Shown: one piece after another, positions 32,401 to 44,900 of the stretch
Layout: the number at the start of each line of letters is the position of its first letter
Position numbering within the stretch: position 1 is the stretch's first letter
Assembly: GCA_040954595.2 (NCBI GenBank)
Contig: CM082589.2
Coordinates: 3,362,213-3,426,212, forward strand
Length of the DNA: 64,000 nt
Source: Balanoglossus misakiensis
Taxonomy: Eukaryota; Animalia; Hemichordata
Reading direction: 5' to 3'
The notes under the pieces: model-generated
The model's database searches: none
Seen by the model: only the letters and a program-made list of their open reading frames with translations
What the model was told of the DNA's origin: nothing
Program-made: the position numbers and the translations under genes

Positions 32401-35400
32401 CTTGTCGAATTCACATGTGCGTGGCATTAATCAAATGTGCGTGAAATGGGATAGAATGAATATTTCATTAAACCCAATTGATTTACTGCGTGCAATTAAT
32501 CAATTTATTGCTGTCAATTATAAACATACTTTTTCAAGGATAGTTAATGAAGGTTGTTGGTAAGGTTTGTGTCTGCTCAAAAAACTAACTCAATCAATTT
32601 TAGCAAAGTGCGTTTCTTCGTACGTTCCCTTGCAAATGCGTTAGATTTGTTCCATTCCATCATGCCTCAGAAATCTCCCTTCTTTATATGGTATTCTGGT
32701 CTTCCCTTGCCTGTACACATCCGACAGTTTCAGTTATCCAACTGAGTTCACGATAAAATGTTTGACTTTTAACACCATCGCCGCCATGATGCTATGTTTG
32801 CGAACATCGTTACTGCAAAATTCTCGCTGTCAACGCCTCCGCTAAAAGGTACCCGTGCAGTTTTTGTTTATAGTCTGAATGCCACTGAAATGAGAAATAA
32901 GACAAGGGAAGGAAAGAAGATACTGCTGTTTCTTAGGAGGGGAAGTCCGGGATACGCTTCGTTCTTACTGTACGTGACAGTCTGCAAGGATTTAAGTCTT
33001 AAGAAGTGGATTTCGCCGCATCTGCGGGGTGATGCTGGCTTCTTTGTCCGTTGCATGAAAGTGCCGCCGCAGGATTAAACATCACGCGTCAGTTTCCTGG
33101 GTGTAAATCCTTGTTAAGTAATAAACCGAAAAAAATATCTGTCGGTTGGATATTTTTTATCAGCGCGTGATTGAAGAATGCCGACCATACCACGACTGAT
33201 AACGACAGTAACTGTCACATTGAATGCTATATATAGGTACCAGAGGCAAACGCTTTTGGAATTATTCAGGTCATTTGGATTTTATATTCCGAAGTCGTTA
33301 TAGTTTTATGGTATATAAAGGAGGATGAGTATTTGTTTAGGTTTGGCACCATGTTCTCGCGCTGCTTGTCTGTGCGCATCCCGACTGTCTTCAGTCTGTT
33401 TCAAGACATGTAAGTGCCAGAAGCTTCTGTCAGGAGCAGGAAACGAAAACGTCGCCATTAAACGCGGAGCCGGTGTGCTCCAATTTCGAAGAACCCTTCT
33501 CCTTCGGATCTTCAATATTCGTTTGAAATTCTATGCCGCCTCGTGCATCGCCCTGGGAAATTATACAGTAACGCAGGAAATGGGCCTCCCTCGAATTTAA
33601 TGACATGCTTTTATCTACTCGACAGGCAGGGCCGACATAACAAGATATATTTTGCCGCGGCAGTCATAAGTTTTAAAAAAACGGACTCTAAATGAGGGGA
33701 GAAAAATTGTTATTTCAGCATGCGTGTTGATATGCGACATTTCCCATAGGACCTGGTTGCGCTTTGTTGCCAGGTATACATGTAAGCTAGGCGCAACAAC
33801 TGAAAGATTGTTGAAAACATACGACCCGCTATTGCGACTACATACAATACTTTCCGCTATGTTATTTATCCAAGGCACGTTTGTACGCGACAACGATCAT
33901 TTCCATACATGAATAGGTACAGAGAGACTCGATATGGAATTACCAGAACCGCACACTCATATCGTTTGCAAATTACCAGCGGGTGGAAAGACGCACTGAT
34001 TGCATTTTCATCTGATTGATGTATTGTTGTAAGCGATTCGGTTGGTTTCCCCCACCGCGACAACCATACAATTGAAGATAAAGTTTTGTGTCGATCCAAT
34101 GCGTGACAAAATCGTGATCAGAAATATCTTATATACACCACTATAATAACTATATACACCTTATTGGTGAAGGCGTTCGTATTTCATATTAGAAGAGATA
34201 TAGTGACATACGTTATCTTTCGTATCGCGTAGGCGTCGCCAACATCCGTCAAATTACACATACATTTTATTAATATTCAGCCTCGAATCTACCAGTGAAT
34301 ATTGTGAGCGCCCCGAGTCTCGCAAGATATGTAGCAAGATGTAATTTATCTATAGCTCATGCATCGCGTTGTCATTACCAACCCGTTCTATGGCAGACAT
34401 TAGCTATTAAGCTAAGATCTCTCAAAGTACTAGTAGGCACATTTATACGTTTAGAACATGGAATGGTGTATGAAAGTGTTGAAAGTGATCTTTTGAAAAA
34501 AGGAAGAGCGAAAAGAAACCGTTGACCCACACTGAACTATTTGCTAGAGCCATTTGCTTGTTGGCCTGGTGAACGTAATGGGAAGTGGCTTTTGCAAGAG
34601 TGTTCCCGCATGGAGAAGCGTGAATTGGACGATTCTGACGAGAACAAACGTTATGCTCCGTGACATTTACTGGATTTCAGCGTTTTCCTGTGACAGGTCT
34701 GATTTTTGCAGACGTGTGATGTGTGATGCCACTCGAGGCGACTGTCAATGTTGGTCTTCGTGGCAGAGCACTGAGACAAACTGAACTGCTCAACTGTAAG
34801 GGTCGTTGACCAAGTGACTGGTGTGTGTAAGTCCCCACGCCGTCTGTTCTCGGTTTGTCGTTCCAGCGTTGCAGTTAACGCCAAACCTCGGTATGGTTGG
34901 CTAGGCTTACCTTTGCTTTCAGGTCACACCATTAAATTTAATCACCATCCGCGCCCCGCTGACAATTTCAGCGGCGCTGACGAGAAAACGGCCCAAGACA
35001 TCGCCGACGCCCTCGTCTGTACGCTGCACACGTCCACCGTATCGAGTATTCTCCAATCTCCCACATTATACGGCCACTTTTAATAAGGAACGAAGTTGTG
35101 AAACGTAAAATGGTCTTCTATCTGACTGCAATTCAAACTTAAGTAGGAATTAAAATGCCGAAAACTTATCAAGTGACTATATACTACAGAAATATTTCTC
35201 TCGTCCATCGCAAATCGGCCCCCGCCGACGTAAAATGTCTTTGTCAAGATCTCTAATGTTTTTCCCGGAGTAGGGTTTACATCACGTGAGGTATATCCCT
35301 CGAGAGACTTTGAAACGCAATCAATCAACTTTATTCTGATAAAAAGGCAAGTCAGCGGTTTCTTTGCTAAAGATTAAGATTAAGGAATGTCCACCGATGC

Positions 35401-38400
35401 CTGTATTTCGGTGTAGATTGTGATTGTTTGTCGCCGTGGGGAATGTTACGCAAAGATTTCATCGTTATTGAAGTTCGCGTTACATCTATTTGCATAAATT
35501 AATGTCCGATTTTTTACGGTCGTTGCTCTTTGGTGAATGTTTCCTTGGTATTCGATTCCAATTGACCAATAAGAAAAAAAAACGATAATTACCCTCACGC
35601 AAAATCAACTCAAAGTTCTTGTGTCGGCGAAGTTAGTCGTGAAGAAAGGCAAACTGATCCATCACGAGAAGATGGCCGTTTTATTTCTTTCAGGTGAAGT
35701 GACCTTTCTTGACCCTTTCTCTCCTGGGTCGAAGAGAGATACTCTTTCAATTTGCGCCTAAGTTTTCCTGATATCAGAAAAAGAGAAACTGTCAAAACGT
35801 TGATCCTGTTTCCCCGGCTTTGTAATCCGAGTAGATTTGTGTTGCTAAAATGAGAGTTAATTTAAGCGGATCATAGTAATCCCTGTTACCAATAGTCGCA
35901 GCTGCAGATGGTGCCTGGTACCCACACAGCGAAGGCGATAGTTTTTCCCCTCTTGCACGATTAATGATCTGGCGCTTGTCAAGGAGAATCGTATTACAGA
36001 AGACGCGGCGCCATTTTAACGATGACAAATCATTGGGACAAGGTATTCATACACACAACGAGATACGTTTCTTTCTCTCTCGGTTAATAACGCCAAGTAA
36101 CTAATTACGTCATTGTCGTAAAAGGGCCGTTTTACGACATTTATCATGAAAATGCCGAGATCGCAGGGGGAATGGCGTTTGATTGATGGCGTTGGAGTAA
36201 ACCGTTCATCTGAGCCGCGACTTTCCGCGGGGACCCTGGTTTTCCACTTAGCGAGTCGATTGTTGAATACCTTCTGTCGACTCCCCGTCCGATGCAGAAA
36301 TTTATCCGGCGATCGCATGCTCATTGAGACAGTCTGTGGCTTTGTAGTAATTAGTGGTAATTGTACTGCGATTGTCGCTCGCAAGCACACCTCGTATGTT
36401 CGAACGGCAGTTGCTTCTTCATTAAAACTTCTGCCGAACAACTTATACCTAAACCAGCGGTTCACCGCGGATATAGTGACACAACCTGGAGCAAATTACT
36501 AGCCACCGCTGCTAAGCATATCTCTGCCCACGATATCATTACTGGTAGTATGTCATCACAGATGTACCTATGAGCGAAAACAGATTACGTGAAGCAAGCC
36601 GATCACGAATGGGTTTAAATCATCCCTAGGTTGCAACCAGACCGTAAATATTCATGTGACCGAGAAAATACATATACCCTAAATATATTTTCATTATCTG
36701 CCGATTCGCCAAGAATTGATAAGTCCAATTAGTGATGATAGATTATTTTCTTGCGACCACCTTCGGGCTTCAATATTCCTTTTGCGTAGACCATTTTGAG
36801 ATCTATAGTCGATAAGAGTAAGCCTGCACGCAGGCAATTGAAAGAATCGACTCTAAATGTACATACAGGTAAATCTATCTCCCTATTAAATGAATATATT
36901 AGTGCTTAATATGCTTTACATGCACCCTCGGTTCCCTAATCGCTGTGTTTAAATCTGAAGTATTTGTTTACGTAAAAGATGGCTATGCTTGGTAGATTAG
37001 ACGTGTTGAGTATTAAATGGATAATATCAGAAATGTTTTAAGCACAGTGTTTTTTATATACGTCTGCTGCATAAATGGAGAAACTATGCCTACTAACGAT
37101 GTTATAAATGAGTCAATTTAGGCTGTCACTTTTGTGTGTGACTCGTATGAATATTCCATTTGAAGGGGTGCATTATGTGAGCCAAGACATATAGCAACGG
37201 ATCCTGAACATAAATCAATAAGATTCATTGCGATAAAGTGGGATTTGTATTCATTCAAGAGCAAGGTGCCAAGCCAGTACCATCTGGACAGGATGATACG
37301 CCAGAGTTTTATAGATTGGGGAGGGGGGGGGGGGTAATCTGAACTCAATAATCCGAACATGATGATCTGGACAGGATGTCGTCATCTGCATGATAATATG
37401 AAATATTACAAAAAAATATGATTTCCAATATTTCTCAATATGGCCAATACTCCACTTTAATATATTCCCAGATGGTGCAGTATTTTAAAACATACATACG
37501 TGCCTTTGTGTTGATCGATTGAACAACTGCAAGCAATTCTATATATACATGTACCTGTACCGTGATAATTACCCCGATGTCTAACTAGGCTTATACATTG
37601 CGTGTTCGTTTTAATGATGTCGCACATCAACAAGGATTTCTCTACGATTCGAATAGAATAGGAAACATGCGATATTGACAATCACAGTCGTCTTTGAATT
37701 AACACCGTGAGAGTAAGTTTATGCTCCGCACATTCACGTGATATTTGCTCCACTCGCATCTACAACCGACGACAGAAGTACAGAGCATCTTGTAACAGGA
37801 ACAGAGATAAGTGTTCCCATAAAGAAGTTCTACATGCTGGCGTGTTTAGCTAAGTTCGAGTGTAGTTCTAGTTGTTAAGTTTATTTGGCGCTTTATGTTT
37901 TATGTCATGTTAAACTGCAGTGACTGCGTATTAAGACACACGTATTTACGTATCGATAGCAGGTTTCCCGAAGGTCCAATTGGAAACGTGACAAGGTTTA
38001 TTTCTTTTTTATGTCACAAAGCGATTCTATCGGAAAAATAAACATTTTTCTCCCGTGGATATTTGCCATTCGAGTGCCTCGCACGCACGTCAGTTTACCT
38101 CGCATAAAATTTAATCGTGTAACTCCAGGGTTCTTGCGCATTTCAATAAAATTTAAATTCTTCTGTATGATGCGAGGTTTACGTAAAGCAAACTGTCGTC
38201 GGGCGGTGTGAAACAATCCTAGAATTATCTTTTACGGTTGTGTGCGGGAGACAGGCATCTCAGAAAGGCGAAATGTCTAGTTTTATCGTGTATCCCCACG
38301 GTCGACATGTCCAAAAACTAGACAGGTCCGCCAATGATTTTAAAGGGCAGAAGTAACTAACCGGTAAACGCATTTCTGGTGCAAAACAACATCTCTCCAT

Positions 38401-38908
38401 GGAAACCCGCCATGCTGGTTCTCAGCTAATGAACTGGGTTTAAAATGTCCATCTTAAAGTAAAGAGCTTCGTTTGCCGAAGGAAGATTATATGCTTTATG
38501 CGTTGTAAAACTGATACTTTGCCCTTTTGCTTTTAAGAGCCGCTTCTGTCCTTTGTAGGTTATTCAACGAAGGCGCGCTTATTTTTGGATAAATCGTCGC
38601 TCGGTCGTGAAATCGCAGAAATGTTTAGCAGTAACCTTCCTTACGCCAGTTTTACTCGTAGTTTGAGGTTTAAATATAATTATATGTCTCCACAAACATT
38701 TATACATCAAATTATACATGTAGTCTGATTCATATGTGTTTCTTTAAAAATCGATGTAAAACTCACCCGCCACTCCGATTATGAATATGACAAGGTACAA
38801 TAAAACGATGGAAACCGTCTTTGCACTTGGAGCGTAATCATCATCCGGGCTCTCTGTCGGCCAAGTATCGTCCTCGTTTGGGTACGCATCGGGATCAAGT
38901 TCTGCCAT
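26463..38908 (-). CDS. Class A (rhodopsin-like) peptide GPCR, bombesin/GRP/CCHamide-receptor-like, ~375 aa, 4 coding exons
   Basis: Exons 38908-38767 (MAELDPDAYPNEDDTWPTESPDDDYAPSAKTVSIVLLYLVIFIIGVAG|gtgagt), 27936-27791 (GNTLTV..MRTVTNLFISQMAVGDL..MPFD), 27530-27430 (EWNFGGRFC..VTVYTLTAMSVDR) and 27201-26463 (F..RPM..YVVPLVII..LYLP..KPFVYSLLSVNFRRGF) total 1128 nt with phases 1,0,2. Seven TM segments. TM2-TM3 closely resemble the GRPR pattern MRNVPNLFISSLALGDL...WLFG..GC...VSVFTLTALSADRY. Confidence 0.9.
38342..38554. mobile_element. Possible short non-autonomous DNA transposon (MITE; TTAA-flanked AGGG end suggests Kolobok-type)
   Basis: Imperfect terminal inverted repeats aaagggcagaag(t) at 38342 and (g)cttctgtccttt ending 38554. 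The left end is embedded in tttaaaggg. No ORF, and copy number cannot be checked. Confidence 0.3.
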
Positions 38909-41900
38909 CGCAAAAAAGCTTCTTACGCGAATCCGTTTGAAAACAGAAGAAAAACGCGTTTACTGGAATACCTTTTCTCCTCTGGTATCCTGAATCACGG
39001 AGGATGCCCCAGTCAACTAGCCACTAGCGCCAGGAACGCTGACAGGAGACAAGACTTGTGTCTTCAACACGAGCTTGCGCACAAATGATCCCTGTCTCAA
39101 CAGCGCTGTGATTTCGTCTCCCCCTTCGTTCGGCGTGTAGCGCCAAGAAATACGGATCCGTTGACAGAATCGTTATGCTTCCAATGCCAGCCAATATTAA
39201 CAGATAGATTTATACCTTACTCCCTACAGGCAATTGTCTCATTGGAACACACCATCCGAGTGTAGGTGAGGTCGACCCCCCACCCCCAAAAAAACAATGA
39301 TACGCAGTCCAGATTTCCCCATCACTGCACGCAAAAAGTATCCAATCACGGAAGATCCGTACTAACGTTAAACTAACTGCGAGTGATTGAATGGCTCTGG
39401 GTAGCGCAAATTCACGGTGTAGGCGCACCACACAGTTTACCTAATCAAGCAGACGACACATCTGCAGCGCAGAGGCAAACCGGAATTGTCGCAGCACACT
39501 TCCTTTCAAGAGATAGCGTTTGTCGGCTACACTGATTCGTGCCCACTGATGACCTGCTCTGTAATCCAAATCTGAAAATATTAAGGGTGCTTAGCTGTAA
39601 TGTCAGTCGATTATTCTGGCTGTTGTGATGAAAGTGTATCATTCAATTTCTTTAGTTTTACTCTCCAATACAGGTTTAATCTCCTATTCAATTTGACAGC
39701 ATGGGGATATTTGATCAGATGATCATAATGTTGCAACTTGCATATACGTCTGGGCTTAGAGTACTCAATGGCAAATAAGAATAGCAAACCTCATTACACG
39801 TATTCAATCTGTGCTAATAAGCAAAAAAGTTCAGTATTAATTTACCATATTGTTTTAGGCGATAGAACAAGAAACTGTATCTTATAGACAGTATCAGATG
39901 TACTCGAAAATATTGTCAATTCCTAGGGCAAGCCTGTCTTTGAACCTCGCTGTTTGCGCCAGACCGGATATTCTAATATTGATACAGTAAACATGTCAAT
40001 ATGGACATTATGAGCTATATAATAACTACCGTGCCTATTAAAGAATATGGGCTTTTCAAACCTGATTTTTGTTAATCATCGCATGCAAATGTCATTATAC
40101 TGTCTGCTGTCTGTCATGCATTGCTAATGAGTTAATCCCCGAGTTTCAAATGGCAAGAACATTCATCAGGGCGATTCGTTGAGGACATGATGGCACATTT
40201 CATGTGACATCACACAGTGGGGATAATTAGGCACTTAGTCGTTTAACGGTCTGTGGATACCCTCTTACGTGAATCGCATGAGCTATTAACCCCACTTTTT
40301 AAGTCGCTAGAGAATAAGCTAAATTCGTTAAATAGTATTCTAAGGCACCCCTCGCCTGGGGGCATATTTTCATTGCTTTGAATCTGTCAATTCAAGTTGC
40401 TATAGCCAAGGTTGTCTTGGAGTTATTTTCATATTGCGAAAGACATTTTGCCAGAATATCTACAATTGAAAGTATTCCCAAAGGAATACATTGCGCGTGC
40501 TCAATGTCTATACGTGATGCAAACATTATGGATTTTGGACGGAAAGGCAATTATAATTGTGAAATGCGATAATTTTGATGCTTTCAAACAGACACACAGA
40601 GCTGTTTCATGTGATTCAATAAAATACACATAACAACAAACCCACGTTTCTATTGACAACGAAATGTATTCACAAATGATGACGAGTTGAATGTTCCTGT
40701 CGGTTATTGCTGTATGTACATACTAAATGATGACACCGTCTGTTCGATAGTAAAATTATATTCTTTGACGCACATGTGTGGTAATTCATACGGAATCTCT
40801 TCCTTTCTCCCGCTCACTCTCAATCTCAACAGTTTTCCAGTTTTATTCTTTTTCCGCTCTTCGGTTCCGTAAAATTGAAAACCTGTCCTTTGGGAATACG
40901 GGGAATAGGGAGCACTCAACCACCTAGTTCATGTTCTGCGTTCGGATGAACTTTTGGGTCCCGCCTCTCGGTTTTCAAGCCCGGAAATGAAGGCCTACAA
41001 ATATCCTGTTTGCTCCAGTTAACTACCTCATTCATTGAGTCTCGCAGAATAAGGTTAAGCTACATGTCGGTGATTCAGATGGAGCACCGAGACGATATTT
41101 TGAATTAAGCGAGCCCTTTCTCAAGAGAACCAGCTCATCGCCTACGTGCGGGCAGCAAACACCTAAGCAATTTTCTGTACGCATCTTGTTAAGGCGAAAT
41201 TCAATTCTTTCCAATTACGTTGTCGGTAAGTGATCGGAATGCGTTTCAGACGCTCGTCACAGGTTCGCAGTGCATACCGTATTCTGGTCTTGTTTTGCCC
41301 GGCAAATGAGCGCCGGGATAGCGCTAGAAGTCCAGCGTCTGCTTCGCATGCGCAGTTGAAGTAGGCTATTCAAAAGATACAGAGTGTAGATTGTTGGATG
41401 ACAAGGATTTATTTTGATTTCAAAAGATATCTATTATATGTACTGACATCCAATGTTACATGTCGGCCATGTTGATCAATGTGTGTGCGCATGTCTGGGT
41501 CAAGTCGTGACCCGGAAGTTTTATCGATTTCTTGAAGTGATTTGCATATTAATATCGCCTGCGTTCTTCTTCTTTAGAAACGTGCCGTGATATATTATGC
41601 AATGCCATTGTTCTAAACCAGTCTAACGAGAATGTTTGCGAGGTCAGGGGTGGAATACTCGTAACTTTTCAGAGCCCCAAAACGGTAAGGACCTGACACG
41701 ACGGTGCAGAATGCTGTAAAGCAGGAGCTTCTGATACAAAAACACGTTCAATACTTCCACTCAGAAGCTTCATGGATCTATCGACTCCAGAAACCCATTT
41801 CAGCAGGACCCTTTGCCGGGATTTCCCGCGGCAAGCCATTAGTAGAATCCAATGTTCTTCCTCGGGTCATTATTATTTAGATAGGACGCAGCCTTCTTAA

Positions 41901-44900
41901 CGATGGATCTGACAGAGGCGCAGTACAAAGGAGAACAGCCGAGGGTGAGCTTTTCATAGAGCTGCTCATTAGAGTCGGGGAGACTTTCGTCGTGTTGCTT
42001 AGAGGGGGTTCAACCAGAGTCAATTGAGTTATTTACCGCCAAGACGACCATTGCGCATAAAAAGTTAATTAATTCTAATAGAGCCCAACGAATATGAAGG
42101 CGCACGCATTTCATAAAAGAAAACATGGGAAGAGAAAAGAGAACGAACGGATAATATTTGTCCGTCTATAGTTCGAGCCAGAACGTCTGTTAAAATTGTT
42201 ACAGAGGCTTGTTTCCACCGACAAAGTCTTTTGCCTGAGCTAGCGAAAGACCGGATCTCCGCTGGAAATCACTGAATTACTTTGTTGGAGATAATTGCTC
42301 CGTTTTATGCGTGTAAAAAAACACGGAAGGCGTCCAACAGATTGTTTCAGATGAGGTCCTATCTGGTAAATGCCAGCTAAGATCAAGGGGACATCTCCGC
42401 ACGCGCGTCGTGGATGAATGGGCCCGCAAGTGCCGGGTGGTAACGCGGGATGCGAAAATCGATTTCACGCTTCTCGTCTGTGATCTTAAAAGCTCGCAGA
42501 AGCCTCCCCACTTGAGTCCCTGCATCAGATGAACACCATCTTGAAGTGGAGGGTATCTATGGCAACGGGGTGTGTAATACTTTGATATCGCCGTGTTCTA
42601 CCTTCCACTCGAAGTCCCGCGCTCTACCTGATATTGGAGATTCTGGGATAATACGTTGCCTCGTCTGCCAGATACCATCTGGGCATATTTTGTAGATCCT
42701 TATCGCGTCCATCATCATCATCTTCATGTTCATCGATATGACCTTTACTAGACGGAGCAAAACTCTGTAATTATAAGTTGCGAGGCCATCTGGTATTGGG
42801 CCTGCCCGCCAAGCCTAATGTCACCGACCTCATATACTGCAATAAGATGCCCTTGTGCTCAGAACGACCTTTGGTGAAAAAAGACTCTTTTACTATCCAA
42901 CTTATTCCCTGTCAATTACACGTTTATTTATATACAGCGCAGAAAACAGTCCCACGTGCTTCATTCACATTAACTGAGCGATCGAACATCTTACCGCGGT
43001 TGCGATGTCATAATATACGGATTGATCATAAGTCTTTGAGCTTGCCGGAAACACATAAACGCGATGAGTGCGTATAAGGCGTCTGCGCATCCTCTGTTTG
43101 TTCGTTTTGATGACGCTATGTTCTCCAGTGACGCGGTTGTGTCTCCGAAATTATCCGCCATCAAGTATAGTATCAACGTCATTCACGGAGATCACATTTA
43201 AATAACTGCCAGTGGATGTAGCATAATATTTCTTTACAGAATACTTGTGAATATTACTTTGTTCGCGAGTCGGGTAAAGTGATTTATTGGGAATATTTTA
43301 TAAATTCATGGCATCATGCAGGTACAGGGCTGATTGATCAAAGTTAAATAAGCGTGGAGAACTTACATACATGTGCACTCTTTCTAATTTGTTTTTCGTC
43401 AAGGTTCATTACCTTTAACTTTGACAGTGACTGTTGAGAAGCGCGCAACGGATGTGCATGGCAACAGTGGTGATGCGGATCAAAGTAGGGCAGGTAAGAT
43501 TTTTGCACGTGCAGTGGTGCGCGTCACATGATTGCAAGCTAAGCATGCGCGTCGAATCCATCAGGATTTCGTCTGGAGCCGAAGTCGACGTTAATGATGG
43601 CATGTGTCGCTCACAATAATTTCTCGGAGGCAAAAGTCAAACTCGACATAATTTTGCATCGCCATGAATAACAAACAAGTCAAGCATGAGATCTACTTTG
43701 TGGGAAAAGTCACAGCGAATTACGAAATCTGTTCACTTCCTAACCACCATCAATTGCCTGTTCTCTACTCTAGTAAGATCAAAAGGATGTCTTCAGCTCT
43801 CATTTCGAAAACAAACTGTCGGATTTAATAGGCAGTCCTCAAACCCGCATCACATAGACAAAATGCAAGAGAGTCGTCGTCGAGTTCAACTAATGTAGAT
43901 TAAAAAAAGATTCACGGACAGTCCTACAAAATCAATTATCAGTCTGTGTGCGCATCCTCGAGTGACGTGCGTGCAGTGAATGGGATCTGTCACGCGCACG
44001 TATACGCGTAATTTCACCTCGGTCGCCACGCACACTTTTTCGGATCGATCGTGGCGAATCCGTCGGGCTGCAAGTAATATCACCAATCGTTCGTTACCTC
44101 ATTATCACCTAGCCAGCGCGGAGGACTTGTTCCTGATATTGATCGTGTCTGATGAAGGGAGTCAAATCACCGTTGCCTAATTTGGCAGATACCTCGAGAC
44201 TTTCATCAAACGAGGCTGTCAGCAACGCCACCAAATTGACAATTTGAAGAATTTATCGCGAATGCTTCGCTGCTTCTGTGAATACGTCATTAACCAGCCA
44301 TCGTCAGTGGAAATGTTTTGAGCTTGTGTGTAATCCGGAGAAGCAGTTATCAATATTTGTTAAGGCATGACATAAACTCAGTTTTGTAATATCAAACGCC
44401 TCTGATATCCACATCACTTAGCTAAGAACGTGTAAAAACACCAATAACTCGAGGGTGAAGTGGACAAGTAACACAAGTATAAAAGGGGGTTAACGACAGC
44501 TGAAGGATTTATCGCTAATTCCATAATTTGAAATGTTTTACCGCCATCTATCACGTGAGTGGGAATGACAAGTACGCGCCAATTTGACGGTGTTAATTTT
44601 CGAGAACAACCGTGTCTTCACAACAACTTATCACCTATAGGTGTGAAGTCCAGTAAATGTGCGAAGCCCCGCATTAGCCGACTGTCAGCTCAGAAAATTG
44701 CCACGGAACGAGAAATTGCCCCCCGGGGAATGTTTTCCCCATCATTCAGAGCTGGTTCTTTGGAAAACAGACATTCTATTAGCGCACAGAGAAAGAGGGG
44801 AATCGAAATTAAACGCTGGGTTAATTACTGCTAATATGCTCTGAAAAAAATCGACTTGTGTACGCGTCACTGTCTTTCACTCTCTCATTTCATGGACGGT

